Below, one piece after another: positions 51,605 to 64,000 of a stretch of DNA of 64,000 nucleotides. A program made the translations under genes and the position numbers. The DNA comes from Octopus vulgaris (Eukaryota). Each line of letters opens with the position of its first letter. Positions within the stretch are counted from its first letter, which is position 1. The DNA is taken from contig OX597831.1 in assembly GCA_951406725.2 (NCBI GenBank), positions 43,772,001 to 43,836,000 on the forward strand, read 5' to 3'. Under the pieces are notes generated by a model. It did not search any database and was not told the DNA's origin. It saw nothing but the letters and a program-made list of their open reading frames with translations.

Positions 51605-53893
51605 TTTTATTCTTTTACTTGTTTCAGTCATTTGACTGCGGCCATGTTAGAGCACCGTCATGAAGGGTTTTAGTCGAACAAATCAACCTCAGACTTTTTT
51701 TAAGGCCTAATACTGATTCTATCGGAATCTTTTACCGAACCGCTAAGTTGCGGGGATGTAAACACACCAACACCGGTTGTCAAGCGGTGATGGGGAGACA
51801 AGCACTGGCACAAAGACACACACACATAGATATATACATACGTACATGCATACATACATACATATATACCTACACAATACATACATACATACATACATAC
51901 ATACATACATACATACATACATACATACATACATAATATATATATATATGTATATACGACGGGCTTCTTTCAGTTTCCATCTACCAAATCCACACACAAG
52001 GCTTTGGTCGGCCCGAGGCTATAGTAGAAGACACTTGTCCAAGGTGCCACGCAGTGGGACTGAACCGGGAATCATGTGGTTGGGAAGAAAGCTTCTTACC
52101 ACACAGCCACGCCTGCGCCTATATGCATAGATTTCCTTTATTTGTTTACTGTTGTTATACACCACCGATCACAATGCGCTTCCTCATATTGATGTAACTT
52201 TCGAATGATGCCCACCCCGCTGGCGAAGGCGAGGCGGCCGAGTCCACATTCCCCTCAAACATGACGCCAGTCTGTCGCAGGGTAACTTCTTTAGTTCTTA
52301 AACAAGGATAGACAAAGTTTTTAAACAAGGACAGACAAAGGGATTAAGTGGATTACAACGATTCCAGTGCGTAACTGGTATTTATATAATCGACCCCGAA
52401 AAGATAAAAGGCAAAGTCGACCTCGACGGAATTTGAACCCAGAACGAAACGGCAGACGAAATACTTTAAATAATATTGAAAAAAAACAACGTTCTCAAAG
52501 TTATGTTAAGTTCCATACATGGTTCTATATTTGATGAAGCCATATCTATCCTTGTAAATGGTGACCATACAGAAAATACCGAAAAATGGACTATTGAGTT
52601 AGTGAAAAATCTTCACGCAATAGAGCAAAATGAACTTCATACGATTGAATGCCCTTGTCATTGCATATTCTCTTGATCACGTCGTTTCAAATTTCTCGTT
52701 ATAAATTTCACTTCCTGCTTTTATCTTCAAACTCAATGAATCATGTTTATAGGCGCAGGAGTGGCTGTGTGGTAAGTAGCAGCTTACCAGCCACATGGTT
52801 CCGGGTTCAGTCCCACTGCGTGGCATCTTGGGCAAGTGCCTTTTACTATAGCCTCGGGCCGACCAATGCCTTGTGAGTGGATTTGGTAGACGGAAACTGA
52901 AAGAAGCCCGTCGCATATATGTACATATATATGTGTGTGTGTGTGTGTGTATGTTTGTGAGTCTGTGTTTGTCCCCCTAGCATTGCTTGACAACCGATGC
53001 TGGTGTGTTAATGTCCCCGTAACTTAGCGGTTCGGCAAAAGAAACCGGTAGAATAAGTACTAGGCTTACAATGAATAAGCCCCGGGGTCGATTTGCTCGA
53101 CTAAAGGCGGTGCTCCAGCATGGCCGCAGTCAAATGACTGAAACAAGTAAAAGAGTAAAAAAGTAAGCAAAAGTAAGTTCTCTCAGTCACTGGACTGCGG
53201 CCATGCTGGTGCACCGCCTTGAAGCGTTAAATAGAACAGATCGACTCCGGTACATAGTTTTTAAATTTTGGCACTCATTCTATCGGTGACTTTTTTGTCG
53301 AATAGCTAGATAGCAGGGATGTCAATAAACCAACACCAATTATCAAGCGGAGGTGGAACACAAGCACAAATTCAAAGACACACACACAAAATATATTTAT
53401 ATATATTTATATGATGGACTTCTTTCAGTTTCCATCTTCCAGATTCACTCACAAAGGTTTTGTTGGCCCAGAGCTGTAGTGGAAGTCACTTGTCGAAAGT
53501 GCTTCGCCGTAGGACTGAACCGAAGCCCTCATGACTGGAAAGCAAGCTTCTTACTGCACATTCACGTCTGCGCCTGTATTTATTCATAAATACATATATT
53601 TTCTAGTCAAAAAGTAAGTTACGCTAAGCATATATATATATTCAAATATATATGTATATATGTTTCTTTATTGCCCACAAGGGGCTAAACATAGAGGGGA
53701 CAAACACGGACAGACAAACGGATTAAGCCGATTACATTGACCCCAGTGCGTAACTGGTACTTAATTTATCGACCCCGAAAGGATGAAAGGCAAAGTCGAC
53801 CTCGGCGGAATTTGAACTCAGAACGCAACGACAGACGCAATACCGCTAAGCATTTCGCCCGGTGTGCTAACGTTTCTGCCAGCTCGCCGCCTT
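51605..53893. mobile_element. Family A SINEs (- 51605-52120, + 52751-53160, - 53180-53577) and family B (- 53663-53893)
   Basis: Motif matches to reference copies. Confidence 0.88.
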
Positions 53894-54343
53894 GATATAT
53901 ATGTATATATGTATATATATATATATATGCATAATATATATGTATATATGTATATATATATATGCATACATACATATACACACACACACATATATATGTG
54001 TGTGTGTATATATATACACACACATACACATATAAAGAAAAGAAAGAAGAACAAAGGAAAAACGAAAAAAAATACTCTAATATAAGAATGAGAATCAACC
54101 GTTTTTTTTTTTTTATTGATAACACTGTATAAAATGTAACAAGTTGTTTCCCTTGGTACAAATACTGTTGAACAACATTCTTGGTTTAAATTCTACAGGC
54201 GATTGACCGATAGAGATTTTAATTATGTAATATTGGCTTTCGATTATCGATATTCCACGTAAGCGTTTGTTTTAAAACGCATAAAATATACATATACTAC
54301 ACACACGCACACACATGCATGCATAGACATATACATGCTCTAT

Positions 54344-54393
<50 letters not shown>

Positions 54394-54410
54394 CTGTGTG
54401 TGTGTGTGTG

Positions 54411-54463
<53 letters not shown>

Positions 54464-54767
54464 CATATATATATCTGTTTCTTTTTCGTTTTTCTTTCTC
54501 CTATGCATACAAATATACACTCTCACCTATATAAAGGGTGATATATTTAATGCATTTAAATCAATATGCGTTATCTTCTAAGTTTTTCTTCATCTTTTTT
54601 TTCCTTGATTCTAACAGAATCAAGATATTTTCTTCGTTTTCATGCATTTTAGCATATCGCACACTTTGAAGCTGCAATCTATGAAGATCCCTGTTGATGG
54701 CCTACCCATTATACAAGTACAAAGACATGGTCAATATATATATATACACACATATATATATATATAT

Positions 54768-55180
54768 GAGGGATGCTGAAAAGTACCTGACTTTAACCCT
54801 TTAGTGTTTGCATTATTCTGCCAAAATTAATCCTTTTTTTATTCACATTGTTTTGAACTAATCATGCATTTATCTTGTAGCTATGAGACTTTGATGAGGT
54901 AGCTGTTAATTTTTAAAACGATATTGTAGGGTTGGTCTGAGAGAGCAGATCTGGCCAGTTTGAACATAAAACAGGCAGAATACTTTTGGCCGGATATGGC
55001 CGGTTTAAATGCTAAAGGGTTAAGGGTATCGCGAAATGCCTTTCAGGGCTTAGAAAACTTTAAGGACCGCTGCAGTAAGTGTGAGACTCTGAGAAGGGAA
55101 TATGCTGAATAAAAATCATAATTAACTGATCCGCCCATATTTTCTTTTACCCAAAGCCAAGAATTTTTCAGCACTTCTTC

Positions 55181-55181
<1 letters not shown>
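54768..55181. mobile_element. Mariner-type MITE interrupted by a piggyBac-type MITE
   Basis: Ends GAGGGATGCTGAAAAGT.. / ..AATTTTTCAGCACTTCTTC. Confidence 0.6.
54797..55019. mobile_element. piggyBac-type MITE (223 bp)
   Basis: TTAA-CCCTTTAG..CTAAAGGG-TTAA. Confidence 0.85.
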
Positions 55182-55230
<49 letters not shown>

Positions 55231-55331
55231 CTAATTGTTTTGGGGCATGTTGGATTTTCATGCAAATAAGCTATAAATGATCCTTTCTACTTTTGGCACA
55301 AGGCCTGAAATTGTGGGGAGAAGGGCTAATT

Positions 55332-55675
55332 CAGTGATTTTCGACCAGCATTCATATGGTCCCTGAGAGTCCGCATAAGATTTTTGGGGGTCCGTGCAAC
55401 AAAATAGTAATTTGGAGGAACCACAATAGTATTTTAAGGGCCCCTGAAAAAATTTTGCTTTAGATGTATGTCATGGTATATTCTTCCAGAAACAGCTAAG
55501 TTTCTTTCTCGAACATTTTACATAATTTAACGTGTGAAATATAAACAGGGACTTTTGAAAGAATTTTCAATAAATCTAGTTTTTAAACATTAGATAGCTA
55601 TGGGGGTTCACCAGAATAAGATAGCAATCAAAGGGGTCCTTAGGTGTAAAAAAAAAAAAAGGTTTAGAACCCCTG
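55332..55675. mobile_element. hAT-type MITE inserted in a family B SINE
   Basis: CAG..CTG ends (right end GGTTTAGAACCCCTG); degenerate 8-bp TSD GGCTAATT/GGCTAGTC; SINE sequence resumes on both sides. Confidence 0.65.
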
Positions 55676-56194
55676 GGCTAGTCAATTAGATCAACACCGG
55701 AAAGTATAAAAGGCAAAGTTGTTCTCGGTAGAATTTGGATTCAGAACGTAAAAACGGGAGAAATGCCGCTAAGAAATTTTGTCCGACGAGTTAACGATTC
55801 TGCCATCAACATCGCTTTAGGTAATCTATAAGTAATATCGCGTAAATATTGAGTTAAAAATCCCTTTGGATACATATTGTCGAAACCACATCTCCTGTAA
55901 ATATAACAAGCGTTCAAACATTAGGCCCAAAGCAATGCTTCGAATTTCTCCATTCATTTTAAAATTTTATTCTTACCAACGAGAATTGTACGTTGTTGAT
56001 GACTTCATAAGTTCTGTAAACTTCAAGAGAACACTATTATTTATAGCTTGTCTGCTTCGAGATCCAGCATCCCAAAAGAGAATTATTTTATGTTCTCTTA
56101 AAGTTTATAAAAATTCTTATGACATCAGCAATGTGTGTGTGCGTGTGTGTTTGTGCATGTATGTTAGCATTTATATATCTATATACCTATATAT

Positions 56195-56425
<231 letters not shown>

Positions 56426-56870
56426 TGTGTGTATGTCTATGTGTGTCTATGTATGTATGTATATATGTTTATGTATGTATGTATGCAACTATTTATCTAT
56501 TTATCTATCTGTGTGTGTGTGTGAGAGAGAGTGTGTGAATGTGTGTGTGCGCGCGCGCGTGTGCATATGTATATCTTGTATGTACAGTTAGATGTACGAC
56601 AACTACGTTTTGAATTTAGGTCCTCACGTACATTATCATCATCCAGTCTGCTTCCCGCCTGATTACTACTCGTATACCCAACAGTAAAACCAGTTATGTC
56701 ATACGGAGAAAATTTAGGGGAAATAATGATAAACACAAGTTTATATAATTTCCTCCTACGTCCGTTTCACTGTTGTTGTTGCTTGGAATCTCTGCATTGG
56801 ATGTTCCACGTGCAACTGAACGCTTAACCACAGCAGACCATCAGGGGGAACACTTTATTGCATCCACTGC

Positions 56871-56989
56871 GCTTACAGCCATACCACGTTAAATGCACCG
56901 GTTCTCATTTGAGTACCGAAGTTAAGCAACGTCGAGCCTAGTTAGTACTTAGATGGGTGACCGCTTGGAAAGTTTAGGGGCTGTAAGCA
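56871..56989 (+). pseudogene. Full-length dispersed 5S rRNA copy, probably a pseudogene
   Basis: GCTTACAGCCATACCACGTT..ACCGAAGTTAAGCAACGTCGAGCC..GTTAGTACTTAGATGGGTGACCGC..GCTGTAAGC (119 nt); terminal stem pairs; 3' helix diverged; no T-run terminator directly after. Confidence 0.9.
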
Positions 56990-57309
56990 TCTCAAACACT
57001 TTAAGGCGGTGAGCTGGCAGAATCATTACCACGCTGGACGAAATACTTAAAGGTGTTTCACCCGTCACTACGTTCTGCGTTCAAATTTCGCCGAGGTCGA
57101 CTTTGTCTTTCATCCTTTCGGGGTCGATACATTAAATATCAGTGAAACACTGGTGTCGATGTAGTATCCTCCCCGCAAATTTCAGGCCTTGTGCCTTTAG
57201 TAGAGAGGATTATAACATCCACTGCAAATGTTCCAAACAACCACAACGGTGGAACGCACGTAGGAAACAAATGATGTATATTTTCTCCACTGTGTATATG
57301 TATGTGTAA

Positions 57310-57555
57310 AGGCGCATGACTTTACACATATATTTAGGATAATCGGTTCATGATCCTATGGTCGTGATTTCGATTCCAAGCGATGCAGTGTGTCCTTGAG
57401 CAAGACACACTTTATTTCACATTGCTCCAGTCCACTCAGCTGGCAAAAATGAGTAGTACCTGTGATTCAAAGGACCAGGTTTGTCACATTCTATGTTATG
57501 ATGGATCTCCCTGAAAACTATGTGGCGTACTCAGCCACTTGCACGTTAATTTCAT
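57310..57555 (+). mobile_element. tRNA/CORE-like SINE, family D (another copy - 61160-61386)
   Basis: GTTTCGATTCC-like B-box, GTGTCCTTGAGCAAGACAC, TTGCTCCAGTCCACTCAGCTGGCAAAAATG. Confidence 0.7.
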
Positions 57556-57652
57556 AATTTTTACCTCCGAATTTGAACTCAGAACGTAGCGACGAGCGAA
57601 ATACTGCTAAGAATTTCGTCCAGCGTGCTAACGATGGTGCCAATTCTCCGCC

Positions 57653-58392
<740 letters not shown>

Positions 58393-58406
58393 TTATAATA
58401 ATAATG

Positions 58407-58462
<56 letters not shown>

Positions 58463-58678
58463 CATTTCTATTATAGGCATAAGACCTGAAATTTTGGAGG
58501 AGGGGGCCAGTCGATTATATCGACCCCAGTCCGCAACTGGTACTTAATTTATCGACCCCGAAAGGATGAAAGACAAAATTGATCTCGGCAGAATTTGAAC
58601 TCAGACCATAGGGACGGGCGAAATACATTTCGCTAAGCATTTCGTCCAGCGGGCTAACGATCCTGCCAGTTCGTCGCC

Positions 58679-58737
<59 letters not shown>

Positions 58738-59019
58738 CAAGAAGGGAACCGAAAATTATATGAGAATGATCCCTGGCTTACCATCCCTGCAAGAAGTGCA
58801 AAAGATTGTCTTAACTGCTACATCACACGTATTGAGAAGAGCATTGTCGCTGTGAGAGCTGTTACTGCCCATGTATTTTAATTTAACCTTAAAAAAAAAA
58901 AAGAACGAACTATTGAGTTTGGTTTAATGGCCTACCAATGTATACTATGAGTTTCTTTGCCCTTGGAGTCGGGAAGACGCTCGGCAAGAAATGGAAGCAA
59001 ATTTGAAAGAAGAAGAAAA

Positions 59020-59020
<1 letters not shown>
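58738..59020 (+). mobile_element. Second, divergent R4/Dong-like 3' end in (TAA)n
   Basis: KKGTENYMRMIPGLPSLQEVQKIVLTATSHVLRRALSL* (stop 58855) aligns with the C-terminus of the 57751 ORF; different 3' UTR. Confidence 0.85.
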
Positions 59021-59079
<59 letters not shown>

Positions 59080-60013
59080 TAATAATGATAATAATGATGA
59101 TGATGATAATGATGATGATGATGATGATGATGATAATAATAATAATAATAATGCAATCTGTAAAAAGAAAGCAAAAACAGCAGAATACACTTTCGAAGGA
59201 CAAACAACATTTAGAGATGAAAATATCGGTAAATTTGTTCATCAGACAAGAAAGACAAGGAGTCCGTTTACGGTAGAAAAGAAAAATCACATATGAATGC
59301 AATAATAAGCCATAAGAACGTAATAGCAGAAAACGTTTTCACAGAAAGCATGTTTCCAGTATAGCTGAACGTAATGTAGGAAAGTCAGACAAGTAGAACA
59401 GGCATTTTACAGTGAAAATATCAAGCCGTACACGAAAACAATAGTGAAGCATTACTATAGAATATAAAAGGGCTTATCAATTGCGTAAAGCATTTTTTAT
59501 AAACGAACGAGTTGCAAGTACGATTGATAATAAACAAAAACAATAACTGCATTATTAGAAAAATATCAATATTCAGTGACTGAAAAATAGAAATAAAAAT
59601 AAAAAGCAGAAAAAAAAAAGTAGGGAAAAAAATAACTCCGTTAAATCATCTTCAGAGACTATGATATTCTCATATTTTGCTTTCATTATTCGTTGGCATT
59701 TTCCATGCAATGGATTGCCTTTGTTGGCAGTGATAAAGCTTGCCTTTCTACGAACCGGTGACACCAACCTTATGTCCCTTTAAACCCCTAAATCCCCAAT
59801 TCTATTTCCAATCTTCTGATTTCATTTGTCATTTCGGTTGAAACGTCTTTCACTGCGCTCCTCTCATTTATCATTCATTTTGTATATTTTATTTCTTTTT
59901 AAAATCCTTTTCAAGCTTTGTGACTAATGTGAGTCTGTGGAACGACGGTTAGCTTTATATTATTTTAACAATCTGAAATTATTGTTGTTTTTTGATTGTT
60001 TTCAATTTTCTTA

Positions 60014-60340
60014 CAGTGTCTCAAAAACATTGACATCTTTTGAAGTGTGAATATCTGAGTAAATACGTGTCCGAGGCAAACGAACTTAAATAAGCTTCAT
60101 GTTGAACAATAAAAGATTTATTTATCAAAATTCGAATAACATATTCAGAGGGATGTAGATTTTATAACCGATTTCACAAAACTTCACAAATGTTCAATCT
60201 GCTCACCGCCAGTGACACGTAACATTCTCCAGCACCTCAGTGATTTTCTGCTTGAGTTCCTCTAGGCTTATAGGAAGAGGTGGGATAGTCTGGCGAACGT
60301 GGAGGCCATTTCAACAGCACATTGCCAGTATCACTGGCAT
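60014..60340 (-). mobile_element. Tc1/mariner-superfamily remnant
   Basis: Minus strand KWPPRSPD and GGEQIEHL*; TA-CAGTGTCTCAAAA end. Confidence 0.6.
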
Positions 60341-60414
60341 GCCCGATACAAACTTAGCTTTTACACAAAATTGTTAAAATCTGAGATGATTTGAGTGAGA
60401 ATTGGATATATTAT

Positions 60415-60818
60415 TACTCTTTTTCTCTTTAACTTCTTTCAGTCATTTGACTGCGGCCATGTTGGAGCACCGCCTTTAGTCGAGAAAATCGCCCCCAGGA
60501 CTTTGTAAGCCTAATACTTATTCTATCGGTCTCTTTTGCCGAACCGCTAAGTTACGGAGACGTAAACACACCAGCATCGGTTGTCAAGCGATGTTGGGAG
60601 ACAACCACATACACACAACCATATACACACACAAACATATATATACATATATACGACGGGCTTCTTTCAGTTTCCGTCTACCAAATCCACTCACAAGGCT
60701 TTGGTCGGTCCGAGGCTTTAGTAGAAGACACTTACCCAAAGTGCCACGCAGTGGGACTGAACTCGGAACCATGTGGTTAGTAAGCAAGCTACTTACTACA
60801 CAGCCACTCCTACGCCTA
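60415..60818 (-). mobile_element. Family A SINE, near full-length
   Basis: Reverse complement of the 33081 copy. Confidence 0.9.
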
Positions 60819-62233
60819 TAGACAACAAATTTTGGGGGACACCCTGTATTTTTCATTCTGAAGTAAGGCGGTGGGCTGGCAGAATCGTTACTGCGCCGAA
60901 CAAAAATGCTTAGCGGCAAATGCCGCCGGGATCGACTTCTGCCTTTCATCATTCGAGGTTGATAGAAAAAAAAAGATACCAGTTGAGCACTGAGGTCGAT
61001 GTAATCGACTTACCCCATTCCTGAAATTGGCTTGTGCCAAAATTTGAAGTTGATATTATTTAACACCAAAGGTACTGAGCTGGCAGAATCGTTAGCTCGC
61101 CTGATAAAATACTTTAAAAAAAATAAGGCAAAGTCACCTTCTCAAATTATGTCGATTCATAAGGGCCGGCTTGCCGGTTTCCATGGCGTATAAATCCCCT
61201 CCCCCCCACACACACCTGGACAGGACGATGGTCTGTCTCAGGATTACCCATTTTTGCCAGTTGACTGGACTGGAGCAACGTAAAATGAAGTGTTTTGCTC
61301 AAGAACACAACGCGTCGCCCGGTCCAGGAATCGAAACCACAATCTTACAATCATGAGTTCAACACGCTAACCAGTAAGCCACGCGCATTTACGTGACAAA
61401 TACTTAGCGACTTTTTGCCCGTCTTTACGTTCTGAGGTCAAATATCACCGAGGTCGACTTTACCTTTTATCCGTTCAGGATCGATAAAATAAGAACCAGC
61501 CGAGCACTGGGGGTCTCTGTAATCGACTAGCCCCCTCACCACAAATTTCAGCATTGTTTAACCTCTTTTAATTCGCACACAAATTTCAGCCCTTCTGCTT
61601 AATAATGAAAAAAACAACAACAAAAAAAACAACAACAGATTTTTGCTAATAAGGTAGTGTTCCAAAAATGCTTTGCTGTCGCTCTAGTACCGTGCTCGTC
61701 AGCATTGTTTAACCTCTTTTAATTCGCAGTCTGGGCTGCATTAAGACCCATGGAGGCTTTAAGTACTTTAAAGATATTGGTGTCCTCATATGCATGTAAT
61801 TCAAAATGTACACAATAATAAACCATAAAATAAATTTTTATTTATCAAAATGAAACAAAACTAAATGTAAGATTGAAAATAATAATTATTTTTGTATATT
61901 TCCACTTCATTTATATTTGGAAAGAAATCTTCTTTATTTAACAGCAAAGTCTGATCAAATTCTCACTATGACACCATGACTACTTCGAAATTATACTTCC
62001 GATCATCTTTATGTTTGTGTTTATCTCCCACCACCGCTTGACAACCGGTGTTGGTGTGTTTACATCCCCGTTAACCTAGCGGTTCGGCAAGGGAGTCCGA
62101 TAGATCAAGTACCAAGCTTCAAAAGAAAAAAATTGAGTACCGGGATCGATATGTTCAACTTAAATCCTTCAAGGTGGTGCCCCAGCATGGCCGCAGTCTA
62201 ATGACTGAATGAAGTGAAAGAATATGTACACAA

Positions 62234-62265
<32 letters not shown>

Positions 62266-62537
62266 GTATGTATGTATGGATGGATGACTGTGTGGTAAAA
62301 AGTTTGTTTTTCAACCACACGGTTCCGGGTTCAGCCTCACGGTGGAGGCACTTTGATCCCAAGTGTCTTCTACTACAACCCAAGACCAACCAAAGCCTTG
62401 TGAATGGATCTGGTAAACGGAAACTGAAAGAAGCCAGTCATATATGTATGTATGTGTATATATATATATGTGTATGTGTGTGTATGTGTGTGTGTGTGTG
62501 TGTATTGGCTAAACTGGCAACATGACCATTCCTAAAT

Positions 62538-62593
<56 letters not shown>

Positions 62594-62737
62594 GTATATA
62601 TATATGTAAAAAAATACAAACTGGGACAAGAATGCAAAACATTTAGAAGACGATACAAAAAACACGGACGGAACATTCGAAGCCTTCAATCTTCAGTCAA
62701 GAACCGGATCATCCTCGCAATTTCAGCTGATTAATCT

Positions 62738-62826
<89 letters not shown>

Positions 62827-62831
62827 GCAAT

Positions 62832-63035
62832 ATTATTTGCCAACATAATGTGGCAGTCCCGGTTAGGACGAATGTTACTATTATTTAGCCCTAGGAAACA
62901 TCGTCTCCCGCTAGCTATACGATACACAATCTGTAGATTGTGTATCGTATAGCCAGCTGGACACGATATTTCCTGGAGCTAAATAACAGTAACATTCGTC
63001 CCAACCAAGACTGCTATATTATGTTGGCAAACAAT
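62832..63035. repeat. ~200-bp imperfect palindrome (fold-back element)
   Basis: Centre CTATACGATACACAATCT-GT-AGATTGTGTATCGTATAG; arms pair out to TTTGCCAACATAAT / ATTATGTTGGCAAA. Confidence 0.9.
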
Positions 63036-63589
63036 CTTTACTTTAGGGTATCGTCACAGAATGTCTCTTGTTGATAGATTTAGAAATAATAATTTTTCTA
63101 TTTATATGTGTGCGTGTGTGTGTGTGTGTAAGTATGTATGCATATATATATATATATGCATATATGTGTATGAGTGTGTGTGTTTTTGTTTGTGTTTGTC
63201 TCTCCTACCCCCCACCGCTTGATAATCAGTATTGCCTTGTTTACGTTCCCGTAACTTAGCGGTTCGGCACAAGTAACCGACACAGTAAGCACCAGATTTC
63301 AAGAAAGTAAGAACTTAGGTTTATTCGTTCGTCTTAAGTCTTCAAATAGATGCCCAAATATGGCTGCCGTCCAGTAACTAAAACAAGTAAAAAATAAAGC
63401 GACCCTAACCATCTTAGACAACGGTAAAATTCGTAATGTAGTACCCTGACTGTGTATACTTTGATTGGGTAAAAGACAGGATGGTTGTGGCCAGGAAGTG
63501 TTTGAGCCTTGGTCTCTTTAGTCTCTGAGTAGACTCGGGATCAACCAAAAAAAAAAAAAAAAATGGCAACAATAGTAACAAACCAACAC

Positions 63590-63940
63590 AAAGGATGAAA
63601 GGCAAAGTCGACCTCGGCGGAATTTGAACTCAGAACGTAACGGCAAACGAAATACCGCTAAGCATTTCACCCGGCGTGCTAACGTTTCTGCCAGCTCGCC
63701 GCCTATATATGTATGTGTGTGTGTGTGTGTGTTTGTGTGTCTGTGTTTGTCCTTCTAGCATTGCTTGACAACCGATGCTGGTGTGTTTACGTCCCCGTCA
63801 CTTAGCGGTTCGGCAAAAGAGACCGATAGAATAAGTACTGGGCTTACAAAGAATAAGTCCCAGGGTCGATTTGCTCGACTAAAGGCGGTGCTCCAGGATG
63901 GCCACAGTCAAATGACTGAAACAAGTAAAAGAGATAAAAG
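63590..63940. mobile_element. Family B SINE head (-) adjoining family A SINE 3' half (+)
   Basis: Motif matches. Confidence 0.85.
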
Positions 63941-64000
63941 AGAAAACAAGCATACACAAGGAAACACAAGAGAAGAGAAAGACAATGTTTGACCTCGAAT

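Noticed and set aside
52476-52676. 66-aa non-repetitive ORF
   Set aside because: Short, non-ATG start, no recognisable domain or splice signals.
62640-62740. Hammerhead on the minus strand (CTGAAGA..GAA)
   Set aside because: Lacks GAAA and stem I; may still be a retroelement terminal fragment.

Overview
AT-rich, repeat-saturated animal genomic DNA with no recognisable host protein-coding gene; probably intergenic or deep intronic. The tRNA-headed SINE families and dense (TA)n/(CA)n/(TATG)n/(TAA)n microsatellites look like octopus (coleoid cephalopod) DNA; this is recognition from memory, not a database hit. Contents: dozens of copies of about four SINE families (including two ~180-bp tandem arrays); a full-length, frameshifted Tc1 (DD34E, IR/DR ends); a decayed mariner; two copies of an internally deleted mariner; a Merlin-like element with an 8-bp TSD; piggyBac, hAT and Tc1-type MITEs; Helitron-like ends; a decayed Penelope-like RT+GIY-YIG element; two Dong/R4-like 3' ends in (TAA)n tracts; and a 5S rRNA pseudogene. 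Most interesting: (i) four minimal hammerhead-ribozyme motifs in Penelope-type terminal remnants, two with a non-canonical core (CUGUNGA) in ~200-bp microsatellite-embedded elements; (ii) SINE multimers joined at one recurrent hairpin-forming junction; (iii) a fold-back element with mirrored octamer+CCAAT motifs; (iv) several long palindromes. Nearly all long ORFs in the track are microsatellite artefacts. Coordinates were read by eye and may be off by a few bases.
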